64,000 nucleotides of DNA from Eledone cirrhosa. Taxonomy: Eukaryota. Each line of letters opens with the position of its first letter. The stretch's first letter is position 1. The notes beneath the pieces were generated by a model. The model worked only from the letters and a program-made list of their open reading frames with translations, searched no databases and was not told the DNA's origin. The stretch covers positions 348,130,001 through 348,194,000 of the forward strand of contig OZ024743.1 in NCBI GenBank assembly GCA_964016885.1. The letters are read 5' to 3'. The position numbers were made by a program, and so were the translations under genes. This document shows positions 43,330-57,774 of the stretch, piece by piece.

Positions 43330-44520
43330 TTGTTAGAAGAGTGCCATACCTTCATTGAACATTGCACGATCATGTGCACACATGTGACATTTCAGACCCA
43401 GTTTAGTTTTGTGACATTTGAACTGTCTGTATCCTGGTAAATCCGGCTGAGTTGTGACTTCATGCATTCTACCATGTCTGTTCAGACTCTCAGCCGACTT
43501 GCAAATTAAGCCACACACACTGCAAATGTACTGTGGAGTGTTTGACGATAGAACCATCCTACAAGTGGCTCAATTTCTTCCTGGCTCATATGATTTCAGA
43601 TGGTTGACAAATCCAGCTCTTTTTAGAAGAAATCGGTCACATATATTTTCAATTGCTCCTATATTTTGCAGGCACTGCACTTGAGTCCGGTTTACGGAAG
43701 GGCGCTTTGAAACAGCATACTCCACTCACTTTTTCTCAAAGGCCTCGCATCTATATTTGATGATCTTTCTCCATGATGTACAGTCTTCAGTCAGACTCTT
43801 TCATTTCTCCATATCAATCTTCAGATCTTTAAGATTGTGTTTTATGACACACTTATACCTCTTCTTTGTTTTATTCTGTACCATTTTTTCTCTGGTCAGC
43901 TCCCCATAAAATAACTGTCTAGGCAGCCTTCCATCTGCCATCCTAATTACATGACCAGTCCAACGTATGTGGTTCATAATAATAATCTCCCCTTTCAATA
44001 CTTATGCTAACCACTATCCCGCGTAGAGGAGCTTCAGGTGTGTAAGAGGACAAGTTTATGTTCAGGATGCGTCGGATACAAAACTGATGAATGGTGCTTG
44101 TAAGCTGTCCACATTTCGCAGCCAACTAACAGGGCTGTAAGAAAACAGGTCTCATACTCGGAGAGGTTCGTGTTACCAGTGATACCGAGATTTAACCAAA
44201 TTCGCTTCTGAAGCTTCGATTAGACAAAACTCTCATTCGCAATCCTAGGCTCTAGTTCAGAATCGATGATACCATCTCTCCAAAGCGCACTCCCGAAATG
44301 CTTAAAGCTCTGGACCATCTCAAGGCCTTTTTGCTCTCATGAAAATTTATGGCTCCACATGGTGGAGTATACATGACCTTTGTCTTTTATATATTAATAT
44401 TTAGTCCAAACACAGATAATGCATTGGAGAACGTATCCAATATCTGCTGCATATCCTCTACTGTATGCGCCACAAAATCTGCATCATCAGCATACAGGAA
44501 CATGATAACAAGAGTGCCAA
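43330..44520 (-). mobile_element. RTE LINE, RT C-terminal half, decayed
   Basis: FLYADDADFVA, GLNINI.KTKVM, HIRWTGHVIRMADGRLPRQLFYGEL, and a C2H2 finger CSVCGLICKS...H...H. Confidence 0.9.
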
Positions 44521-44691
44521 ATAAATGCATATATGCATACGTGCATAAATACATACATACATGTATACTTCCATCAATACTTACATACATAGGTGCAAAT
44601 ATACATAAATACGCACATATGTACAAACACACACACACATACATACATACATACATACATACATACATGCATACATACATACATACATACA

Positions 44692-45990
44692 AAGTTCCAC
44701 ATCAACAGTGACATAGACCGCCATTACTTAAACGTAAGCAGGGAGGCAGAGGCCTAACATCAGTCCAGACAACATTTGAATGTCGCATCATATCTCTCCT
44801 ACAACATCTACGAACCTCGAAGCGTAGGAGCCCGTTTCTCTAGCAAGTCTATCTGCATGAAACAGAAAAGATCATGAGAGTTGGGAAGGAACTCCTCGAG
44901 AAATATTCCCTGTGAGATAATCAAAAACTCACACCCAGGGAAGTCGCTCAGCAGTATCGCAGTGAATCCATGGATGAAAAACTGCATGCTTATCAGCAAA
45001 AAATCATGCATGGATTTGTTGCCAGGAAGCTCTAGAGTGAGAGTAATATAGATAAGGAAAGTAGTCTAACTTGGACCAACAACCGCTATATTGGCTCCCA
45101 CTTTGAAGGATACGCTTTTACAATCCAGGAACAAGAGATTAACACGAAATACCTGATTCACAAAAGAGATAGGGATGCAGGCAAAACACCTAGATGTGAT
45201 AACAAGTGCAAACTCGGCAGAACTAACATCGAGGATATCACCCATGTCATCAGCAGCTTTCCAAAGATGTCATCGCGGTACTATCTACCTATGAGGCATG
45301 ATGTAGTGGCTAAAAACACCGTACAATACAGTTCGTAAAATAGATAGCCCCAATAATAAACACATTAAAAGCTACAGCAATGTGGAAGTCATCCATGTAC
45401 ATAATATGAAAGAGTACTGGTGGAATGTTCCAGTAAAAACTCCAATAAAATGCAGGTATAACAGACCAGATATTATGATATCTGACAGGGAGAAGAAAGC
45501 ATGCACAGTAGTGGAAATTAGCTGCCCAGCAGATGCCAATATAATATCAAAGATTAGTGAAAAGGAGAATATTAATGCAGAACTGATGAGAAATCTGCAA
45601 ATACTCCACCCTGATTACACCTTCAGATTTATGCCTCTGATTACTGGGGCATTGGGGTATGTTAGTAACTGCCTCAATACAAATCTGGAGAAGCTAAGCT
45701 TCACAGGAACAGAAAAAACACAAGTTAGGAAATTACAAGTACAATCCATTAATGGAACAGTAACAATTTTGCATCTAATAACTGCATATACACATGTACA
45801 GATACAAAGCATATACACATGCACACATACAACTCAAAACATACATATCCACGCATACAATAACATCCATATCTACACATGCATGATTACATACATATCT
45901 ACCTAGTTGATGTTGTGTAAATTCCAATGAAAGAGTCTTGTGTCTATGTTAGAAACCGACTCTCTCTCTATTGGTTAAACTTTGTGAAAT
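44692..45990 (+). mobile_element. R4/Dong-like non-LTR 3' fragment inserted in (TACA)n
   Basis: LKRKQGGRGL, MHGF, IQEQEI, decayed CCHC, RHD, NRPDIMI...VVEISCP, IT.GALG. (CATA)n lies on both flanks. Confidence 0.85.
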
Positions 45991-47475
45991 TATAAAACCA
46001 GAAGAACATACATACATAAATAAATAAATAGATGCATATATGCATACCTGTTACATTTGGGAACTTATGTTTACAAAGCAAACTCATTAGCCACGCAGCC
46101 ATGTTGCGTTTTTAAGAGATTTTGTATCTAGGTTTGATCTTTCCACAACTTACATCTACTAGAAACAGTATATAATGCTATCTACGAGTCTCTACGTCCC
46201 GCATCTTGTGTATCGGTGTGTGCGTGTGTATATGTGTGTTTCTGTATGCTGTTGTTTATGTGCGGTTGTGTTAGATACAGTATATTTATTTAAGGATTTG
46301 AATATTTATCTGAACCTTCAGCATTTATTATTTTGCATGTGGTTACTCTAACTGTTCTTGATTGTTTAATGTTGTTTCTACAGCTGCTGATTCTGTAGGC
46401 CAAATTTGAATCAGAAAACGAGAAGATTTCTGTACAAAGGAACTCAAAATGTGACCCAACACAACGTTTACTTTTCAGTTGTAATTCTTTGATGGCAGGA
46501 CCAAATTTGAAGAGTATTTGTCAATCCAATGTATAGAGAAACCCTCACCTTAGTTTGAATTCATGGGTGCTAAAATTGGATGCTATATATGGACCTTGGC
46601 GTGCATTAATAACAACACATGAAATGCAAATACTTGTACGAACACTCTCTCCATCCCAAAGCATTGACCCAACTATCACAACATTGTTCATGCCATTCTG
46701 AATAGGACACATCCGTGATGGTCTTCTGAGATTCATGCTACGATTAGGGAAATCGTGTTGAACATCTTATCGTATCCAGGAGATTGGCCTGTAATCTATC
46801 AAAGATATGAAGGTAAACATGATGGATAAAATGCTTGTAGGTAAGGATAAAGTTGCCCTGACATAGTACACAGATTTAGAAGCCCTTCAACTTGACTTGA
46901 AACGGGGGACATGAGTTGTAAAGAATCATGAAGACAGACAAAATTACTGAGAAAGTTATTCAATTTCTAGGAATCTCATTCAGAAATACGATTCATCTAA
47001 TCAATTATTCTCAACTCGATTTTTCCAGATTCCATCGTATTTCACATATTGTCTCCTCTTGACAATAATCTAATGAGAGTATTTTTTTTTAAATCTGTCT
47101 TACCAAAAGGTTTCAGTGCATGTGGGCCAATATAGAAATGATTACAGCGAACAATAATTCTCAAATCTGAAAACTTAGAACGTATTGAAATTAAAATATA
47201 TTTCGGGATTCTATTAAAAATCAATTATGATAAAAAATAATTAAAAACAAAATACAATGAGCATTCTATATTTCCGCCCATATATACCAATGCATACAGA
47301 TACACAATTAAATATAAACATACATGCATTTATACATAAATACATGCATACATAGATACATACATACATACATACACACATGAATACATACGTACATACA
47401 GTGAGACAGAGAGACCTACATACATATATACATATACATCTATATACATATGTACATATATATATAGATGGGCGT

Positions 47476-47579
<104 letters not shown>

Positions 47580-48409
47580 GTATGTATGTGTATATATATG
47601 TATATATATATACATATAATATATATATAATATATATATATATGTGTATATATATATATATACATATATATATACACATATATAATGTATGCATGCATAC
47701 GCGCACATATAGATCCACACTTATATATATACACACATACACATTTATATATTTATATATATATATACATATATAACTATATAAAACTATAACTAGATAA
47801 AACATTCGCAGGTTTCTTATATCCCTTATGTATACGTCTATTTATAGGTTTCCGACATTTTGAGAACCATTTTATTTAGCACTCTAATCAAATGAATGAA
47901 GACACAATAGCAGCATCAGATAATATTAAACTACCGTGAAAGAGATTGAAGTCAGTAATATAGAGGAAGGAATATCCAAAGAATTTCACGTCTTTCTCTT
48001 CTTCGCAGACCAGTTTGAATATCTGCTGATTCATTTTGACGTCGACACGATAACTTTATTTAATTCCAAGTTCCCTCAAGATTCCATTCGCCATTCTTTA
48101 GCTTCAATGGAAATCGGATAAATAAAACTGTTTGACGTAATAGCATATAAAGTCAGGCTTTATGCAGTTTGTTAGTGGAAGCTGTGTGGTTTAGATGTGT
48201 CGAAACCAATCGCCTGATTATGGTAACAATAACCGAGAACAAAAGAGTACTTTAATCAAAACCTTCACGATATACGTACATTTCTACATGCACACTTCCA
48301 CACACAAATCACACAAACACACACAGCGTCATATATATGTATGTGTGTGAGTATGTGTGTGTGTATGTGTGTGTAGGTGTGAGAGCTTCATGCGGGCTTG
48401 TGTATATAA

Positions 48410-48464
<55 letters not shown>

Positions 48465-48495
48465 CAAATAACGAAACGAAATTAAATTTCTTTAA

Positions 48496-48548
<53 letters not shown>

Positions 48549-48584
48549 GTGTGTATGTTAGTGTGTGTGTGTGTACATATATTC

Positions 48585-48715
48585 CCAATTTGCGTCGGTG
48601 TGAACTACAGTAAAAAAGGTACTCAATACTTTGGTAGAGTAGATGACAGCTTTCTATATATTTTTCTATATATTTAGAAATGACTTCTATGGGGCTAGCA
48701 CTTTTTCATTCGCAA
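48585..48715 (-). mobile_element. Family A diverged copy
   Basis: cagtaaaaaaggtactcaatac is the reverse complement of the tail at 1896-1918. tagaaatgacttcta matches 23957-23972. Confidence 0.55.
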
Positions 48716-48756
48716 CAAATAATATGTGTGTATATCTATATATATATATATGTATA

Positions 48757-49375
<619 letters not shown>

Positions 49376-49911
49376 ATAGTAGTTTTGGAAGCCTATTCAG
49401 TGCAGATGGATAAATCTCCTGGTAACCAAATTCCGATGATAGTATGACGAGAGAGAGAAGTAGGAAGAAGCGTTTAAAGAGACGTAGAGAAGGTAAACTA
49501 AGTAAAAATGCGTAAAGAGTATACCAGAGATTGAGTTACCTTGGACGCGATTTATTGGTCCCTATATTTCGTATTTTACATAAATCGACAGGGGGCTTCC
49601 GAGGGAACAGTGGTACGTCGGTCTTGTCGGCCCTGTGCGTAATATATATATATATGTATATATATTACGCACAGGGCGAAACAGATTATGGATAATCTGT
49701 CCGAGAGATATAATGGTTATTGAGGCGGTTTGTATAATAATATATTTTTATTTTATCATTCTCTCTGCTTCTTGGTTAAATATTTCAAACAACCCTTGTA
49801 ATTTTAGACACACGGTTTACTGTGTTTCTTACTATATATTATTAATCGGCTCACTATTTTTATACTTGGTGCTTAATAGATACAGGGTACCAATTGAGTT
49901 TTAACTCTAAT

Positions 49912-50025
<114 letters not shown>

Positions 50026-50736
50026 ACATGTGTGTGTGTGTATGTGTGTGTGTACGTGTGTACGTATGTACGCATATGTTTATGTATATACGTAAATGCA
50101 TACATATATTCATATGTACATATATTTATAGATACGCACATATACGTTTGAAAGTTCGTGCTCTTGAAAAAGACGCAGAGCAATTGAGTTTCACTTCGGG
50201 TTTTACTTTTTACCATGTAACGACCATTTTGTGACCTTCATAATGATTTTTGTTTGCCCCATTTGTCTCCTTCGCGTTTCGAATTTGGCCCTGACCTTCC
50301 ATCTGTTTTTTGGGGACTATTATCATGGAGAGAAACAAATCGAAAATGATATACACAGGTATCTAGAAACCTGCATTACATTGTGGATAAATGAATTTGT
50401 CGTGATGCAAAGGACGTATAAGTAAATATAAGAAACATCTAATAAAACTGGAACATAGTCGTGTCTTTAGCAATGCACGTCTGAATGCACGTTGATCCCC
50501 ATATACATTTATATATACATATATCTATGTGTGTGTGTGTGTGTTTGTATATCTATATTTGTGTGTGTGTGTGTGTCTATACGTGGGTTTGCATGTGTGT
50601 GTGTGCTTCGGTTTTTAATTGTTTTGCAAGATACTTGATATTAGTTTGTGCATTAGAACAGATATGTCGTTTTAGGGTAATGTGCTGCCAATCAAAACAG
50701 AAACACACAGACACACACACATACACACACACACAC

Positions 50737-50802
<66 letters not shown>

Positions 50803-50819
50803 ACACACACATACACACA

Positions 50820-50850
<31 letters not shown>

Positions 50851-51589
50851 GGGGGAAGATTTACTTCGGTTTTATTAATGAGGTAATCAATTTATCAATT
50901 AATATTTTCGTTAGCCATCTAATTAATTTTTAAATGTCTTTCGTCACAGCCTGCGACATTACTGATAGCAATAGCCTCCTGTGTCTCCTCTTTGACCACA
51001 TCTATCTAGCATTTCTGTATATAATCTTCCTTCAGAACTTCAAAATATTCATTTCCGATAATACAGTTGATTATTTTAACTATAATATATTACTACAACC
51101 TATTTTCCTGACCCCAGAATGGTGAGATTTGAAGAGGATATTCTTCTCAGCAGGATTCGAACTCAGAATCTATCGTTTCTGTCATTTTACCTCCATACAC
51201 ATTTACGTAACAATGCTGCTTGATTCGCAATTTTATAATTTACTGCTGTCGTTATTATGATGGTGGATGGGGATTTTGAATTATTTTTCTCTATTTTGTT
51301 GTAAAATATATTTCTGAATGATTTCGCGATGATTATATCTTTTCTTACATGCATGCATGTTATTCTGTGCATGCACATATGTTACAGCACATGCGCAATA
51401 TTTGAACATGAATACGTGAATGCAACGAATTCAATTCGAACAAAAGAAATGACATTTGTAATAGAATGGCTATAAAAAATAATTGTAACATAACTCCTGT
51501 GACTTTATACCAGTTGTAAGCAGGAATCATATATCAAAAAGTATACATAGCAATATAGTAACAAAAACACGTACACATTGTATAGTGGA

Positions 51590-51644
<55 letters not shown>

Positions 51645-51647
<3 letters not shown>

Positions 51648-52084
51648 CGTAAAATAAGAAAATTATAAAATTAACTTACTTACTAAAATTTCACTCCAAC
51701 TAATTAGTTTCTGAAAGGGAATAAACATACTTTCCGAAGAAACATACGGAGAAGCCTTTCGTCATCAGGGAAGTCTATTCTCAGGTAAGTTTCCAGGCAA
51801 TACGTGGACACTTATACAAAAATAATTCAGTGGATGGAAAAAAGCAAAGCGTGGACTAAATTCCAAGCCATTGAGAAAATCACTGCCTACTGCGTCGGTG
51901 GCAAATTCAAAAGAATCAATCACGTAACATCGAGGTCAATCAGTGAAAAAGTGGTTTGTTAAGAAGACAGCAGCCGGACTGTTACTATAGTAGCAGTTTT
52001 GGCCAATTTTTGCTCGACAAAACAATTTGGAGTTAATTATAAAGAATTAGTATATCGAGTAACATATTACTAGATATACTAATT

Positions 52085-52090
<6 letters not shown>
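51645..52090 (-). mobile_element. Family B diverged copy, differently permuted, with a 19-bp inverted arm
   Basis: Homologous to about 5347-5810, crossing the tandem junction. gatatactaattctttata near 52072-52090 inverts about 52038-52056. Confidence 0.75.
51693..51774 (-). ncRNA. Type I hammerhead ribozyme (family B, copy 3)
   Basis: Minus strand: ttcc-CTGATGA-c-gaaagg...cctttc-a-GAAA-ctaattag-TT-ggag. Confidence 0.8.
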
Positions 52091-52159
<69 letters not shown>

Positions 52160-52219
52160 AGGGTGAGTGTGTGTGCTCGTGTTTCCGTGTGTATGTGTGT
52201 GTGTTTAAAAATGGTATGG

Positions 52220-52535
52220 GGTTGTGTAGCCCTTCGGTTATGAATGACTATGTGTTTTGCACATAGAAAGATACTCTCTGCGGTACAAGCCCAAGCAAGG
52301 AGTTTTTGTAGAAAGCCCAGCAGTCACCCTTGCATACCAGGCTCCCCTTCCCATGCCGGCTGATAGGGTTTGGCGCCAATAACAACACAACGCAGTTTTA
52401 CAGCTGTGTATACTGGAGCAACGTGAAACAAATTGTTTTGCTCAGGTATTCAAGGCATCGCCCGATCCGTGAATCGAAATCAGAAACTCATAGAGGTGAA
52501 TCAAACTCTGTAACCAATAAGGTGCGTGCCTTCAC
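52220..52535 (-). mobile_element. CORE-like tRNA-derived SINE, decayed
   Basis: Minus-strand B-box-like gatttcgattc followed by cctgagcaaaacaatttgtttcacgttgctccag. Confidence 0.55.
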
Positions 52536-52574
52536 CTTCCCATATATATATATATATATATATGGGGGGGGTAT

Positions 52575-53113
52575 ATAACAAAGACCAATGCGTAAGTTAT
52601 CAGGTGGACCATAACACACCAGAGTACTCCATACTTAAGGTAGTAGACTAGGTAATAGGAAAAGAGTCAGGACCTCGAACAACACACACACATAGAACAA
52701 ACAACCAACCAGTAACATGTAAATAAACAAATAAATAAACAAATAAAAACACACACAGACATCCGGATGTAACACATGCGCAAACTAAGCACACAACACA
52801 CACAAAAACAAGATGGCGTAGCACAGAAAAAAGGAAAGGCACAAAGCAAAGAAAATAATCCCCAGTCACTGAAGAGGTCACAGACTGTGTGACGAAAGAA
52901 CTTTGACAATATATGAACAACCGTCCGGTTATAGAACCAACCAACCGGAAATTTATAAATTCTTAAATTTATAAATTTAATTTATAATAAATTGGAGTGA
53001 AAGCAACTGGTGCGTGTGTTTCTTATTGGCAACATGACCCTCCCAAAGCATAACAATATCGGTTTCAAAATACGTTTTCAGATAAAGAATCTTGCTAAAC
53101 AAATTCAGAAACG
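52575..53113 (+). mobile_element. PLE-1-related pLTR with tail, in (TA)n
   Basis: AC-rich region, HHR, then atgaccctcccaaagcataacaatatc and a tail homologous to 34716-34776. Confidence 0.8.
52865..52907 (+). ncRNA. Minimal HHR in a PLE-1-related pLTR
   Basis: gtca-CTGAAGA-g-gtcaca-gactg-tgtgac-GAAA-gaac-TT-tgac. Confidence 0.8.
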
Positions 53114-53164
53114 ATATATATATATATATATATATATATAACATGTAAGCGTGCCTTAGCAAGC

Positions 53165-54660
53165 AGCTCCACTGCCGATGCTCTTACGAAGCTCCTTGGC
53201 TAGCGGTAGAATACCGAGAGAGCTGAAAGAAGGCACAATATGCCCTATCCATAAAGGAAGTTTCAGAGCAGAGGTCAAAATCTACAGACCAGTCTCCCTG
53301 ACATCACATATCAGTAAAGTGATGGAAAGAATCATCAGAAAGAAACTGATCATGTTCCTCGAGGAAAATGACTGCCTGACTAGCACGCAGCATGGCTTTA
53401 GCCCAGGAAGAAACTGCCTTACACAGCTTCTCCATCACTAAGACCGGGTACTGAAACAACTGCTAGACAACGCACATGTGGATGTGATATATCTTGACTT
53501 TGCGAAGGCCTTTCGAAAGGTTGACTATGGAATGATATGTCACAAACTACGCACACGCGGCATAACTGGAAAAGTAGGTGAGAGGCTGCATGACTTCTTA
53601 AAATACAGAAGCTATACAGTTGCAGAAAATGGGGCCCTCTCAAAGGAAACATCAATAACAAGTTGCATGCCTCAAGACACAGTCCTGGGACTACTTTGGT
53701 GGCTCTCGCAGACAGACCCTCTGTATTACATACAACATCCCTCACTATTTATGCTGATGACACTAAGGTAGCACAGGCAATCAAAAATCCCGCTGATACT
53801 GCCCTTTTACAAGATCTAGATGCCATATACAAATGCTGAAGACAACAGCATACAGTTTAATGCTGGACAATTTCAAGCCCTACAATACAAACCTGCAAAC
53901 ACAAATACAGTACAACACGTTATATTGGACCAGGAGGGACCGAAATTCCCGTGTCGAAATCGATACGATACCTGGGCATAGACATGAGCGACGATGCATC
54001 TTTTTCCTCACACATCATGAAAGTGGCGACAATATGCAGACGTCTCTGTTGCTGGATCTTGAGGACTTTCCGAGCAAGAGACCTAGAGACCATGTTGACA
54101 CTAAGGAGGACATTTGTCCTAAGCCGCCTGGACTATTGCTCCCAGCTGTGGTCATCCCATAAGGTCAAATTAACCACGGAGCTTGAAGCAATCCAACTAA
54201 GCTACACCAAGTCGATTGCAACGATGAACGAGATAAGCTACTGGGAGAGGCTAAAAGAACTGAACGTCTACTCCATGGAACGAAGACGGGAGAGATACGC
54301 AGTGATATACATATGGAAATTCATGGAGGGACTAGCACCACACTTTGGCATTGTAGCTGCACCAACCCCCAAACAGGACGTCGGTGTGTGGTGCCAAACA
54401 TCCCGTCTTCCACATCTAGAATAAGGAGCAGATATTGCAAAAGCCTGGGGATCAAGGGCCCTCAACTCTTTAATAAGCTGCCGGGGGATTTGAGAGATAT
54501 GCATGGTGTGGACGTGGATGTTTTCAAGAAACATCTCGACACCCTGCTGTCCAGGATCCCGGATGAGTCCACAGCCCGGCACGAGTGAAACCTAAGATCA
54601 GCAGCAACAACCTCCCTCTTGCACCAGTGGCCAACCAATACGGGCTGGGGATGAAACGTG
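53165..54660 (+). mobile_element. CR1-superfamily LINE, 5'-truncated RT region with stops and frameshifts
   Basis: YRPVSLTSHISKVMER, QHGF, IYLDFAKAF, PQ.TVLG, YADDT, RYLGI, LDYCSQLW, YWERLKEL. Confidence 0.92.
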
Positions 54661-54662
54661 TA

Positions 54663-54711
<49 letters not shown>

Positions 54712-54776
54712 GGGGGGGGGGGGGGGTTAATGGTAGCTATGATGCTTCCATAGGCGGTATGCCAGTTGACCATATA

Positions 54777-54860
<84 letters not shown>

Positions 54861-55039
54861 TTCTCTCTCACTCCCTCGGGAAGAAATCGGATGGGTTCAC
54901 ATCTGGAGAGAAACGGTTTTTACTAAGTTTTAATGGTCACTATAGTGAAAGTGGAAGAACTAAGGCTTGAAGAGAAATTCAGGGCCCACGGATGGTGGGC
55001 TAGCTTTGAAGTAAGTTTATTTATAATTGTGTTTGTTTC

Positions 55040-55939
55040 AGTGGATTATTATTTTTACCAATAGCAGAGTGAAATGTTCGTCAATGCAAACCTCAGAAGC
55101 GAAATACCTTACATATTTAGGTCTCTAGACAAACAAACATTAAATATTAAGATAGTTAAACGACCATAAAAGCCCTAATTAGTAGAACCTCTCCTTTGGC
55201 AAAATAAACCCTGCACAGATAGGAAATGCGTAGTCTGCAAATTAAGCCCACAAACTAAATGTAAAACTAAAAGCTTAGGATATAGCATAAGATGTACTGA
55301 GGACAGTGTAGGAATAAGAACACAACATAAATAGGGGAAACAGCCCGTAGCATAGGAGAAGGGCTAAATGAACACTGGTGAGAACTGCAACCAGTACTCC
55401 ACCAACAAGCCAAAATAGAACAGGTGCAATATTAGAGAACATGGAGATAAAAATCATATCCACACACAGAAACGACGCAATGCTCCGACAGATTACAGAA
55501 GCGACAAAAATAAATAAACATGAATGGAATGGAAACACAATACAACTAGTGACTAGGGACAAGATAAAGACATACAGACATATACAAGAACCTAACTAAT
55601 AAAACAAACCTGACACACAAACAGAGAACAAGCAACCAACTAACGACAAGTAAATAAACTTATAAATAAATAAACACACACTCCCGGATATGACGCATGC
55701 ACACACAATGGGTCACAATACACAACACACAAAAACAAGATTGTGTAGGACAGAACAAAGGAGACACTCAAAAGAAGAAGTCAATCACTGAGAAGGTGAC
55801 AGAATATGTGACGAATGTCAGTAAATAAACAACCATCCGGTTATTAAACTAGCCAACCGGAAATCTCTATTAAATTAAAGTAAGATACCAACATGTGCGT
55901 GTGTTTCTTTTTGGCAGTATGACCCACATGAAGTATAAC
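55040..55939 (+). mobile_element. Decayed PLE-1-related element (GIY-YIG remnant plus pLTR)
   Basis: NCKTK..YSIRCTE and IKIISTHRND..LRQITEA. The pLTR ends aagtataac|(TA)n, and an eroded HHR lies near 55785-55820. Confidence 0.8.
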
Positions 55940-55952
55940 TATATATATATAT

Positions 55953-56237
<285 letters not shown>

Positions 56238-56559
56238 GATATAGGGAGAGAGAGAGAGAGAGGAGGGGGGGATCTGTAAAGTTACCCACTACCACAGCTT
56301 ACCCGACTTGGATTTCGGCGCATTGTATATCATAGCGATAATAAACGTTATTAAAATCAATTCAGCAGTATGTGCTGGTAGGTTCCCTGTCAGCGCCATG
56401 AAGGAGAGTCGATGTAAAGTTGCATCCACTCTAACTAATCAGCATGTATGTTTTAACATTTTCTATTCCAATCTGTCATCCCATTTTTCAAGTGAAATAC
56501 CGACCGATATAGCTTAATTCTCATATTACCTGAGAATATGGGGATGTTACGAATAACTT

Positions 56560-57250
56560 ACTTCCTTGAAAGGACTAATCCTGCCATTTCGAAAACAGGC
56601 TGGCTACAATCAAGAACATTGCTACACATTCCGCGCCATTTTGATGACATTGCTGAAGCTTTGGCAGACGGCTTTGACATAGATAACATGTACCTTGATT
56701 TCAGCAAGAACTTTGAAAAGGTACTCAACATTGGTGTGTTACTGCGGCGGATTGAATATTTCTTGATAAACAGAGCCCAGGAAGCTGTAATCGAAGAGTA
56801 ACAATCGGGATCAGTAAAAGTCATTAGTGGTGCCCCAAATAGCAATGTGTTGAGCCAGACCACTTTATTATTTCATCAATGGCATCACAGATGTCATCAA
56901 AGTCAGCAAGATCTGATCTAGTTATTAAACAATTGGCAGAAAAAACAATATGCTTCTAAACGAGAATAAATGTGAGCTAATCCACTTTCGAAAATAGGAC
57001 TCACGGAATCTAACATATATTCCCTCTGGTGAAATCTTATTAACTCTCGATAACAACTTAGGCTAGATAGCCCACATCAGCCAAAAATGTTGATCATTCG
57101 TATATTATTTTCTAGGTACATTCATACTATTATTCTTCTCTTCTCTATCTTTGCCCCTCCCCTTATTGAATATTGATGTCCGTTGCCTCTCCCCACAAGA
57201 AAGAAAGTGTTATGAGAAGTATTGCAGTTATCAATTATTAAAGAAAATTA
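56560..57250 (+). mobile_element. Decayed CR1-like RT
   Basis: IDNMYLDFSKNFEKV, IEYFLINRAQ, VISGAP. Confidence 0.7.
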
Positions 57251-57671
57251 AGTAAACTGCATGAGAGGCCTTGTTTATTGGGATTGGATCATCTAGTGTT
57301 CATATACAAACAAGTTCTCCCATCCGTAAACGTGACATTATTTGTTTCGTATATAAAATATTGCTCAAATTTCGTTGGCAACAACTTTAGAATATGGCTA
57401 AGCCGTGTTTACCCCTCAGAAACTGGAGCCGAGTTATATAACAACGTAACAACTGAAGAATTTCACCTCAACTGACCTTCGTCACTGTAATATCTTAATA
57501 TAAGGCAGAAAAGAAGGAAAAGATTCCATAACATCCACATTGATTCCTGGACAAATTCTTTGAATATGTTCAAGATAACCCTCCTAAACTTGCATATGAT
57601 ACCACCAGCAAAATCTCAAGTGGACCAAGATGTCAAATGTATGAACGAAACATGAAGCATCATTCAAAACA

Positions 57672-57706
<35 letters not shown>

Positions 57707-57707
57707 A

Positions 57708-57774
<67 letters not shown>

